A stretch of 64,000 bases of DNA from Sphagnum compactum. Lineage: Eukaryota. Within the stretch, counting starts at the first letter, position 1. Every line of letters starts with the position of its first letter. Below, piece by piece: positions 12,747 through 24,800 of the stretch. The notes beneath the pieces were generated by a model. That model saw only the letters and a list, made by a program, of their open reading frames with translations. It did no database searches and had not been told where the DNA came from. Made by a program: the position numbers and the translations under genes. Location: the NCBI GenBank assembly GCA_965153455.1, contig OZ234494.1, positions 3,472,001 through 3,536,000 on the forward strand. The letters run 5' to 3'.

Positions 12747-13085
12747 AAATTTGGACAAATTCCACTTAATAACGCGCCCTCCATTGTGCACAAAAAAATG
12801 TTCAAATTTGGACAAATTCCACTTAATAACGCGCCCTCCATTGTGCACAAAAAAATGTTCAAATTTGGACAAATTCCACTTAATAACGCGCCCTCCATTG
12901 TGCACAAAAAAATGTTCAAATTTGGACAAATTCCACTTAATAACGCGCCCTCCATTGTGCACAAAAAATGTTCAAATTTGGACAAATTCCACTTAATAAC
13001 GCGCCGTCCATTGTGCACAAAAAATGTTCAAATTTGGACAAATTCCACTTAATAACGCGCCCTCCATTGTGCACAAAAAATGTTC
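12747..13085. repeat. Near-perfect minisatellite, 56-57 bp x6
   Basis: aaatttggacaaattccacttaataacgcgccctccattgtgcacaaaaaa(a)tgttc at 12747, 12804, 12861, 12918, 12974 and 13030. Confidence 0.97.
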
Positions 13086-14996
13086 TACCGATGCTTTTTT
13101 ACACACTTAAATTTTTTTTGCCTTTGTTATGCAAAAGTGTGTTCTCTTGCAAAAGGGCTTTTGTTATTATGAAGAATGCTCATCTTATTCTAAAGTCGAG
13201 CAAAATTCAAGGAAACAAAAGAGTGATTAAAAAAAAAGGGGGGGATACCCATTGCATAATTAGCGTTTACCCTTGTGACCATGGTACGTGCCAAAATGAA
13301 AGTGGCAAATTTTTTTGGGTAACTTTTTTTTTGGGGGGCTCAATGAGTGGATGACACGGGAAGTAGGGGTTTTTTTTTCTCTTTTTTTTTAAAATGAAAA
13401 TTATGTCCAAAAATTTGGCTAATTTTACACTAAAAATTTGGCAGTCTTCGAAAAATAAGAAATAAAATAATAAAGCCTGAATCATGTAAGAGGATGGTGA
13501 TTTGAAACTTCACCCAATTCCTGACTTACTACTTAAAATTTGGAAAAAAACAAAAACAAAAACAAAAATAATATTATATGTGCTTGCAATTGCAGCATGT
13601 AAGGAGATTGAAAAATAAAAATAAAAAATTGTTTTGTCACAAAAAAATTCCAAAGAAAAACACAAAAGGAGGAGAAATGAGGAGTTGAACAAAAATCACA
13701 CATTAAGAGAGTATGTGTTTTCGTGCTTTTATTTGTCTTGTATTATTTCTTGTGAATGGGTTCTCATTCTTGCTTTCTTTTTAAATTATATATACACCGT
13801 TTTTCTTCTAGTGTGTAAGTAAGTAAGTTATTGTTGGATATGGGTGACTTCAGCATAAAGGTAAATTATTTTTTATTTTGTCGAAGTTTTCGGAAAAAAA
13901 AAAAATAGCCTTGTTACTTGTTGAAAATTTCAAAAATTTAGATTGCAAAAAAAATTTGGAATCAAACCCTAAACACATTAGTTGTAAACACACTAAACAT
14001 AAGAACAATAAGAGAACTGAAAGTTTAATTAGAATTCAATATTTAAACTTGTTATATCCTCAAAAGTTCAAAATTTTAAAAAAAAAAACTCACATGATGA
14101 ATCTTAATTGTTTTTAAATTAATTAATTTCATCATCATCATCATTGTTAGGGAAATATTTTCTAGGTATCCAAATTTTTAACAAGTTTAGGGTTTGGGTG
14201 TGGATGGGGAAAGGGGAACTCAAAGATAGAAAACTTCATAATTAATTAATTCTTCAATACGATACCTCAATTTGGGTCATTAGTTCCTCTTAATCACATC
14301 ATCGTCAACCCATTGTTGTTGTTTTTTTTCTTCTTCTTCTTCGAGTTGATGTTGTGATGGATGTCGTAATAGTGATGATTCATCTATAAGATGATTGAGC
14401 CAAATTTTGGCTATTAAAAAAAAAGGAAAAAATTTGAGCATCTTTCTATATTGTTGGCTATTTATTATTGGAACCTAGTACTTACTCCATGATGCATTGA
14501 AGGTTTTTACAACATGGATCTAGTTAGAGAACATGAAAATTTGGCGATAGTGAACCAAACACCAAACCAACACACTACGTAGTTGATCGTTCTATCCATC
14601 GGATGAGGTGGATTTTTTCATTTGGTTTTGATGAGAACCAACCTTGGTAAAGGAATTGAGTATTTTTCGAAAACCTTGTTCATATTTACCATCTAACCAC
14701 CTAATAGAAAAGAGCAAAAAAGTTTTCATTCATTTGTTATAACATTAGGTTGTTTAGAATGGGAAAAGAGACAAGAGACCCCAAACCTAATAATTGCAAT
14801 AATAATTAATAATTATTTATTTATTTATTCCATGTAAATGAGGTCTAGCCACCTACTCAAGTAGGGTAGGGTATCAATTTTTGAAGCAGATGTTAGATAG
14901 AATGGGGAATTTGGTGCTTTCAAGGACCAAAAGACTCAAAAAGCCTAGGCTTCCCAAAGTGCATTTGGAACTTGGGTTTGGTGGTCAGGTTAGAAC

Positions 14997-17900
14997 CGGT
15001 GTTGGGCGGGTATCATGATTTTATGGTTTCCCCCCCCCCCCCCCCCGCCCCCCCCAAATTTCAAAAATTTCTACTTTGAATAAGGGTATCAACAATTTTT
15101 TACAAAAATTAAACCAGTTCTCGCAATGCCGATTCTTAGAAATTTGAGAATAACCCGTTCTCCTTTGCCAATTCTCACAAACAAGGTATCAAATTTTAGA
15201 AAAATTAGAAATTAATTTATAAAAAATAAAAAATGAAAATTAAACAATTATTGATTTTCTTTTCTTTTTTTAACAATGAAAACATCATAAGCAATGTTAG
15301 AAAAAGAAAATCTAAAATAACTATCAATTTATTTATTGAATTTTTACCCTTCAACAACTTCATCCCTTTCAAATTCCCCTTCAAACTCTTTTAACTCCTC
15401 TTTTAAGTCGATATCCCTTTCAAGGAATTTTAATAAATTAGATGAAGATTTACATCCTATTCAAGGATCATTAAGCTAATTTTTGTTGACAAAAATCAAC
15501 TTCTCTATATTTTCTATTTGCAAACGACATCTCCTAAGGTTAGTAAGCATTCTAACCAAAGAAAAGATCTTTTCTATTTCTATTTGCGATCCAACAATCC
15601 CCAAAATTTGTCCAGCCAAAAATCCAACTATAGGAAACATCGCCTCATGTTTCTACCACCATTGAAGAGGACATTTGATGTCCTTAACATCTAATTGATA
15701 CTCCTTGAAAATCAAAGGTTCCCTCTTAACAAGTTCTTTTGCTAGTTCACTTGTGCTTATAGTCTGTTCAAATACATCCAAACTATAATCCTCATCAAAA
15801 ATATTCAAATCAACAGAATTCCTCTCTTATCTCACCAAAAGATGCAAATGTTCATGACATTTGACCAGCATAGGATATAAAGATTTCTTTATCATATTCC
15901 TCAACAAGAGCAACACCTTGCTCCTTTCCAACAAATGAGGATACTATATGAAGGCTCTTATATTTAGGGTTTAACATCAATGAAATCATATTATGGGATT
16001 TTCTCTTATCATAAACCTTTAAGAATGAGAGGAAAGAATCCAACACATTGATTACATCCCTTCTAATGTTAAAAGCCAACAAAAATAACTCACCATTAAT
16101 AATTGAATCATCATCCGTTAGGCTTTCAAATGAAGGTAGAACTTGATTTTCTTCCTTAAGTTTCAAACTCATGGAAATGGCAGAGTGTAAAACATCACTA
16201 AGAAGCCAATGTCCACGTGACTGATTAAGAACATAGGTAGAAACAACTAGGGAAAAACAATCAACAATAGTTTGAAAAATCTACCATGTCATAGGTGGAG
16301 GCACTTGACCAGTGACTCTCACAACAATTTGTTTACTATAACAAAAAAAAACTGGCAAATCGAAATTGTAAAGCCTCTTGAAACATAATGATTTTACTAA
16401 CAAACCTACCAAAAAAAAAAAACTTGATTATTTATCCTATCAAATTTTTAACCACAATAACTCTAAAGAGTTGAAACAATAATTAATTTTGAAAAAACTA
16501 CCTTGTTTCAACTAAAGTGTTTAATTTTTGGGTTGAATTCCAATTTCAAGACAAGCTTTATTCCAATCTTGTCTGCCCTTCCTAGACTTCTTAAGCCAAG
16601 TGATGCATTTCTGCAAATTTGTTTGGGTGGACTTGATAGAAACATATTTTAGATTTTTGTAGACTTTTTCCTTTCCAATGCCATATTGACATGCTTTTGA
16701 AAACGTATGTCCAAAACAAATACCCTGAAAGTTCTAACCCAAAAGATTCATAATTTACAACAAACTTCAATGCACCAATCACTGCATTGAGATCACATGT
16801 TTCATCTTTGACATAAACAATAATTTTTTCCTTAAACGATACTTGTTTAACAATTCTGTCAAACTTTTGGCCAAGGCTTGCCTTGTTGTTTTTGTTACTT
16901 CAAATAAACCAATAGTCACATGTTTGGGCTACCAATCACTACTTAGAAAATTAATCACCAATCATAAGTTCCTTTAAACATTCAAAGGTTGAAGCTAGTT
17001 GTTACAAAACAACATTCTGCCAAGGAAGGAACAACATTTATTTCATTTGTCTTTTCCACTAACCCTAACAATACATCTTATGAAAACTACCTTTTGGAAA
17101 AGAAGTTTCATTTTGGACAAAGATGAATAATCAAATGTTTGAGCCACATACTTTCCACAAACTAGATAGGTAAATTGTTTTTGACAATTAACAAACCAAG
17201 GTTGTCTAAATTTTTTTATGTGACACATCCTCTTTTTTGAAGGTATCTTTGACCAAAAAATAATTAGAGATTGACCCTCTAGATGGATTTGTTCTTTTCT
17301 TTGAAAGTTGTCTTTCCTCAATACTTTTCAACAGACAATTCACTTATTTTTCAAACATTTGTGCAATAAGAATGATTTGCATCCACATGTTTTTAAAGGG
17401 AAATTATTCCATTGGTTTTGTTATAAGAAATCAATCCTTTCCTCATTTGAGTTCTTGGATTTATTCCAATTACCGAATTTTGATAACAAAGTATGCAACT
17501 CATTATTTATGTGTTTACCAAATCAACTTCTACATTGTCATTTACACAATAAAAATCCAACATAAAGAAGTTTTGCCGTGTGGTTTCCAGATTTACCTTT
17601 GAGCATGCAATTTTTTCAAGTTTCCCTTCATTATTTTTTCATTGTCATTTTCTAGATTCCGACTTGTTTCTATTTGGACACTTGGATTTTCCTCAAACCC
17701 ATCTTCCAAAACTACATCATTCATACATATTTCAATTGTTTCATTATTGCCACTTATCGTATTATCATTTGTAGAAGATTGTTACATTGGGAATTTTCAC
17801 AAGACTATGTCCAAAGATAAAGCAGAAAACAATTATTTTTCAGCAAACTATGCAAAAATTCTAATAAAATTTTTAATCAAAAGAAAGAAAAGGAAGAAAG

Positions 17901-19309
17901 CAAAAAAAAAACATTTACAAGCAATGGGTTTTAAAGTTTAGAAAAAACATTTACAAATACTGGGGTTTAAGGTCTAGAAAATTTATTAAGAAATCACTTA
18001 CTTTTCTCTCTCATCTCATCATGGAAAAATAAGTTTAGATTTAAGGGTTTTAGATTTAAATCACAAGTCCAAATTTTAATCCTGCACACAAACAAACAAA
18101 GCTTACAACTGCAACAACATATTAAAACTCACAAACCACATTAAAACAAAATGTATTCAATTCAAAAGAAAATGACAAACAAAATATAAAGCCAAAAAAA
18201 AAAACTCAAAAAATTTGGAAAAAAAATACCTTTGTTGTTTGATGAAGTTTGCTGGTGTTGCTCCAAGCTCTTCCACTTGCATAAGAAAGTGGGGAGGGAA
18301 TACCAACTGACAAGGTAGAGCAACAAGATGTGACAATGAACAATAAGGCAGTGAAGCAACAATGGCGGGGGGGGCTAGGAGGTACCTAAAGAAGGCGAAT
18401 AGTAATGGCGAGCAACCAACAACCAACAAGGCAGAACACCAAAGCACGATGGTGGGGCAACAAGGCCCATCAACCAACAAGGCAAAACAACAAGGTGTGA
18501 CAACAGGGTAGCAAGGCGCGAGTAGAAAGGCAATGAAAGCAAGACATCGAAACAACAAGGGGGGGGAGGGGTTAGGAGGTACCTGAAAAAGGCAAGTAGT
18601 AACGACAAGCAATCAACAGCCAACAAAGCAGAGCACCAAAGCATGATAGTAGGGCAGTAAGGCCTATCAATCAGCAAGGCAAAACAACAAGGTGCGATGG
18701 CTAGGTAGGAAGGTGCGATGGCAAGGCAGCAAGGCGCGAACAACCATGCTCGAGTAGCAAGGTAATGAAAGCAAGGCAACTCAAGCAACAAGGCGGCTCA
18801 AGTAGCAAGGCGCAAGCAACAAGGCATGATGTGAGAACAACAAGGTGTGACAACAAGAGCAACAAGGTAGTGATGGTGAACAACAAGTTGGTAAGGCAAA
18901 ACAACAAAGCCAAAATAATAACAAAACAACAATGCTAAAAGAAAAAACAACAAATTTTTTAAATTAGAACTAAAATGCACAATGAACATGAGACGTAACC
19001 CTTTTATGCATTTTTTTAGGGTTTGCATGAAGGAGCCATTGGAATGCGGCGCCTCCAACCTAACCCTAAGTTTTCATGGAGCTGGCTAAACCGTAAGACC
19101 TAAACCTGGGTAAAGGGTTAGACCTTACTCAATTTTTAGTTTTAGTTTTTTGGTTCTTAAAAATCTAGTTCTCACATCCAATTTTCAAACAAGTGAAAAC
19201 TGGTAGCCTGGTTTTCATTGAAAGCATCACTCAAGGTGATACCCTAAGGGGATCAGACCGTGATGTTCAAATGATGTCCAGGGAGATTTGTGATACCCGC
19301 CCAACATTG
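14997..19309 (-). mobile_element. Full-length decayed hAT DNA transposon (4313 bp)
   Basis: The 19-bp TIRs are cggtgttgggcgggtatca and tgatacccgcccaacattg. The 8-bp TSD is gttagaac / gttaaaac (7/8 match). It carries an internal transposase pseudogene and CAAGG-rich degenerate repeats at about 18300-18950. Confidence 0.9.
15440..17600 (-). pseudogene. hAT transposase pseudogene (BED-type zinc finger to C-terminal dimerisation domain)
   Basis: About 17550-17360 translates as FYCVNDN..*IMSCILCYQN...KGLISYNKTNGIISL*KHVDANH (CxxC...HxxxxH). About 15700-15450 translates as KCPLQWW*KHEAMFPIVGFLAGQILGIVGSQIEIEKIFS...RRCRLQIENIEKLIFVNKN*. There are many stops and frameshifts. Confidence 0.88.
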
Positions 19310-21809
19310 GTTAAAACTTAGGTGGACTACGGTTTTTCCTTTTCTCTTTATTGTGACTTTGGGCCCAAAGAGAGAGAGAGGGAAACAGTACTACCCATTT
19401 AACCACCTCTTTTCAACCCAAAAAAAAAAACACCCAAAAAAAAACCCTAATTCCATTGGGGTGAAAGTATGGAAGGCAAGTTTGCCGATTACCTAGCACA
19501 ATATTTTGCCTTTTTCTCTAGTATATGACAATTGCAATGGAGTTTTCACTCATATCATTTGTGGGTCCTTTAGAAAATTGAGGAATACTGAACAAAAATT
19601 TGGCTATTGCCATTTTGACATTTTTGTTTTAAACAACATGATCACACTATGACCCATTCCACCTAGGGAAAAAACCTTAAAAAAAAAGCCTGAATAGGAC
19701 ACCAAACCCTCATGTTATGTGCATCATTGGGCGGGTATCACATCCAAATAGCATAGCATTTAGACCAAGGTATCAAAATACTTTCATATCTTCATCCAAT
19801 GATTGAATTTTGCATGAATACGAAAGTTTTTAATCATGTGAAAAAATTTCATGTAGGACAATTTTTCATTACATGTTTGTGAAGGAAATTAGACTACCCA
19901 TTTCATGATGGCCAACTTTATGATAGGTTCGAAGGCATAATGAGATGGAAGGATTAGGTCTACCCTAACCCTCGTAATCAACATTCATTCATTCGTAAAT
20001 TGGACACATTGAAATTACAATTGCATTTCTTTCATTTGAAGTATATATATAACCCATATATGTGCATAGTACTTATACATGGATTGTGATATAAAAGTTA
20101 TTGGGAAAAGCTTTTCAAATAACCCTAAATAAACAACACATAATATGAAAGCTTGTCCCTAAACAAGGCTTAGTTATTGGAGAAGCTTAACCCTAAATAA
20201 CCCTAAACAACACATCCATATTTATGACATTGAAGTTTGAAATTTAATTAAACATATTTACCTTTGAAAGGATTATCTTCTAATTTCTTTTCATTCTTGT
20301 TACTTTTCATTTTTACTTTGTGTGGTTAGGTTGCAAACCATCATTACATCAATATATATATATATATATATATAAACTAGTGTTACAACCATCCCACTCA
20401 ATGAGTTGTTTTTCGCTATTTCATGAAAGTTTTATGAGAAAAACTTGGAAAAAAAATGTGTAAAATGTGTTGTTTCAGAAAAACTTTCATGAAATTGAAA
20501 AATTGAAAATAAAATAAAGAAATAATTATTATATTATATTTTGTGTACCCACCAACCCTTTTGAGGGAATTTAGGAATAAAATGAGACAACATTCATTAG
20601 GGTTTGGAACATGGCTTTTTGGCATCTCCCCACCCCCTTCCCCTTCCCTTCCCTTCTATCGGGCTATTGTACATGGCACCTGAAACAACTACTCTCTTTG
20701 AAACTTGCACACAAATTATTTAGAGGGAAAAGGGAGTTTGTTGATTCTCTTAAAAGCACTATTTAAAAATTTAAATGGAATTTTTAGTGATAAAAAAATT
20801 ACTCAAAATTCAATATCTCCCACATTGTTAGGTCTAAAAATTAGGAAATCACCTTCAAGAAATCCCACTCATTGAGGCTTTTCAATAATAGTACCATGAA
20901 CTTGCCCACAAATATATCCATAAAATATTTAAATTTTTTTTAAATTAAAAAAAAAAAAACCCTTCGATAAAATTGCTCAATATTCAATAACTCTTTGCAC
21001 CATATGTAGGTCTAAAACATTACCAAACCCCGCCTTCCATAACTGAAGCCCATACTTGGGACATTTTGGAAGCCATTTAAGTGGTCCATTATGTCAAGGG
21101 GTACACATGTTAAGACACATACCTAGCCCTCTATCCAAAGGGTATGTTCCACCCAATGCATGAAGCAAAATTGAAACCCTTCTTTTTTTCTTTTTTATTT
21201 TGGGTATTTTAATTAAGAATTTTTTTTCTATTGTTTAATTAGGTACAATTTTTTGCATTCCATTTATTTTAACCAAGTTATGTGGTTTTCTTATTTCTCA
21301 TGATTTTGTTTGAACTTGCACTCCTTTGTTTCCCATTGATGCTTTCAAATTGGAAAACTCCATTTTATTCAATCATCCACATCTCTTGTTTCTTCCACAA
21401 GTTCGTACCCAGTCTCCTGAGAAATACTCAAACTATGACCTATTGAATTACAACACTCTTTTCTATTGAATTTAGACACTCACTCTTTTCTGTCGGGGCA
21501 AGGCAACCCTTCTTGTGCATATATGACTAGCTAACAATGTTCACAAATGCAATTCAAGAGTGTATTCCGGGAAGGCAAAAGATGGTTTCACCACCATCTG
21601 CGTTGTGTAGTAGTACGGTGTAGTCAGCTAGTCTCAATATGTAGTGTGATGTTGTGGATATTACAATGTCAATCTGTGTTGACGTGAGCAAGTGTGCTGC
21701 TGATTGTTTTTTTTCTTTTTTTCCCCCCACAAGAATTTCAACCTTCCCTACAGATTTTCTCTTTAGCTTCAGGGAAAATCATCTACGCTAATCGTTGTAG
21801 TGGCATATA

Positions 21810-24800
21810 TCATTTCTGTTGATGTATACTGACAAATTGTGCATAGGCAGATTCGGGATTTGACATTAATGATTGGTGGTTCCCTTTCTCTTGCACTTGT
21901 CCATCGTTGATGAAAGCTATGGTGTCCACATTCCGAATTGTTGAAAGCCTGGAATTCCCAAAAGATATGAATGATTGAGAGATAAGCAACAACCCATCAG
22001 CCTTCATGAATACACACATCTCCCGCTATTGTGAGGTCCGTAAAGATTACAAATTTTGAGCAACCTGCTGTTGTAAAGCAACTTATGACCAGCAGGCAGT
22101 GAAACTATATGCCACTGCCAAACTTATGAACTTTTTCTCACCCAAATAACTGCATTGGTTTAGGGTTCAGGGTTCAGGGTGCAGAGATGCTCACCGATGG
22201 GCAATGAGGACAGTAGTTCGGCCTCTCATCAAGCTGTCAAGTGCAGCTTGTACAACTCGCTCGGACTCAGAGTCAAGAGCACTTGTGGCCTCATCAAGTA
22301 ACAGAATTGCAGGATCCTTAAGGACAGCACGGGCAATAGCCACTCTTTGCTTTTGGCCACCAGACAGCTGAACCCCCCGCTCTCCCACTGCTGTTTTGTA
22401 CCCATTGGGTAATGCACTGATGAAGTTGTGTGCATTGGCAGCCTTGGCTGCATTAATCACCTCTGATTCTGAAGCCCCTTCTCTTCCATAAAGGATATTC
22501 TCATATATGGTTGTGGCAAACAGTGAGGGTTCCTGTTGCACAAGACCTATGTGTTGCCGCAGTTGCCTGAGCTTGACTGTTCTTATATCCTTGCCATCAA
22601 CTGTCACCACCCCTGCTACCGGATCATAGAACCTCGCAATAAGTGCAATCACCGAACTCTTCCCTGCAAACACATTGGGAAATGTCACTTATGAAAGTGG
22701 AGCTTCAAGAATTCAAAGTTTCAATGGAAGGAACCCTTAATGAAAAAGTCTACCTCAATTCTCAACAACTAGGTATACTTCAAGAGAAAGCTGGTATTTT
22801 TATTCTACCTGATCCGCTGGCTCCAACTAGTGCAAGACTTTTGGCTGCTGGGACTCTCAAGCAAAAGTCTTTGAAGATGTATGATTCAGGTCGTGATGGG
22901 TATGCAAAGGTGACATGTTTCAGCTCGACTTCACCCTTCACTTCACTCACTTCTGAAGCATTCTCATCGTCAGGGTCAATCTCTGTCTTCCGATCAATGA
23001 TGCCGAAAATTGACTTCAATGCCTGAAACGGTTCCATTTCACACATAAATCACAAATCAGTGATGGATCATCAGCTGCAACACAAATGTCTGAAAAGAAT
23101 CTCCCAATTGATCTTTCTCTCCCTCATGCCTTTTTGTGCCCTAACAAATCCATCATGGTTTGTTCACTCCATCATAACTCCCGACAACAATAGTTAGCAT
23201 AACTCTTTTGAAGAATGGATCTGGTGCTTTTACCTGACCACAGTTCATGACATCGGAAGCACTTGTTAAGGTCTCGGCAAGTAGGAGTGCTGACAACATA
23301 ACTATGATGATGCACTTCACAAGGTGAGCAAACCCATCAATACCAAATATAACCCTTTTCTTAATCAGCACAGAAGCATAATACATGGTGAGCCCGTAGG
23401 AGCTGAAGATAAAGAATTGGGACAGCCCATAAAAGAACCCTGCTATCTGGCTACGACTTTGTGTCCTTTTCTTGGGCTCCTCAAGCTCAGCAACAAAGAG
23501 ATCCAAAACTTTTTCTTCTGCCCCGAACGCAGCAACTGTGCGGATGTTGCTCACTGCATCTGTTGCAACCATGCTTGCTTGTGCATAACATTTTGCCAAA
23601 TCCCCACCAAATCCTTTCAGAAACAACGCCTGCAAAAAACAGTGTTTTGGGTCATTGTACAAACATTTGGTAATTTGGCCTGGAATCTGGATCTTGAGTT
23701 CCTTGCCCACTGTTTCTTAGTCATTTTGTTTGTGGGTTTATAATCAGGCACACATCCCAATGGGCTATTATCCTAAATTGCAAGCAACTGGAGCGTGGAA
23801 CATTGTGACATCAATCTCTCACAAATGGTCTGCAAAAGTTGCTAATGATGTGACAGAATCTCTACCTAGTGGCACTTACATCCAAAAACAACAATTGGTT
23901 GGACCTGGCTCACAACCACCCCACTGCTCAGCCGGGGTCCTCAAGATTGCCATTTTTCAATACATGACAAGTCTTCCTCCTGTGAAGAAAACTTATGCAG
24001 TTGATTTGACACCAGATAAAAGTTGAGCTTTTCTAAGAGCACTAGCTCTAATTAACAGACAAATTCCATCAGTTCTTACAAAGCATTTACAGATCTTCCC
24101 AAACTCAAAATCTTCCATGAGTTTAGTAGGATTCTTGCTACATACCTCACCCACAAATCCACCAAGCATAAGGGGATAGGAACAGAGCAGAACAGCAGCA
24201 AGACGTGGTTGGAAGTAAAAGGCAAGGCCAAAAGCACCCCCAATGACCGCCAACGATTGGAGGACCATTGACATCCGATCTCCTATTGCAGTCCTCACTG
24301 CCACTGCATGTATGGCCAGTCGTGATGCAAGCAGGCTACTATTGTTCTCATCCCTATCAAACCAGCCTATCTCCTGCCGCAGTATCACTACAACAAATAC
24401 AAAAAATGCAAAACTTCTCCTCAGAAAGTGCACAGATCAAAACAACTTCACGTATAAAAATATGAATAAAAGACAAAACCACCACATGTTAGTAGTGAAG
24501 CATATGTTGGGTTTAGGGTCATTGCAGATCCTTTTACCAGAGAACATTTTTTCTCGAACACGAAGAGTTGTTCGCTCGCCCATAAGTTCAAAGGCATATG
24601 AGTGCAACAGAAATACAATGACTGAAATAGGGATCGCGATTGTCATGTAGATGCAGATCTTGTCAACTTCTTGTTGAATGTTACTAGAGGTATAGAAGCT
24701 GACAAGGACTGTACTCATCACCAACCCTGTGAAGGGAGACTTCCAGCCCGATAGTATGGCATTGACAGACCCAAGCAGAGCATAATGCCATTCTCCGGCA

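Noticed and set aside
11687..13085. Regularly spaced repeats as CRISPR arrays
   Set aside because: The units are contiguous with no unique spacers, there are no cas genes, and the context is eukaryotic and spliced.
18157..18913. Hydrophobic, Cys-rich minus-strand ORFs
   Set aside because: They are the antisense reading of CAA/CAAGG-rich repeats inside the hAT element.
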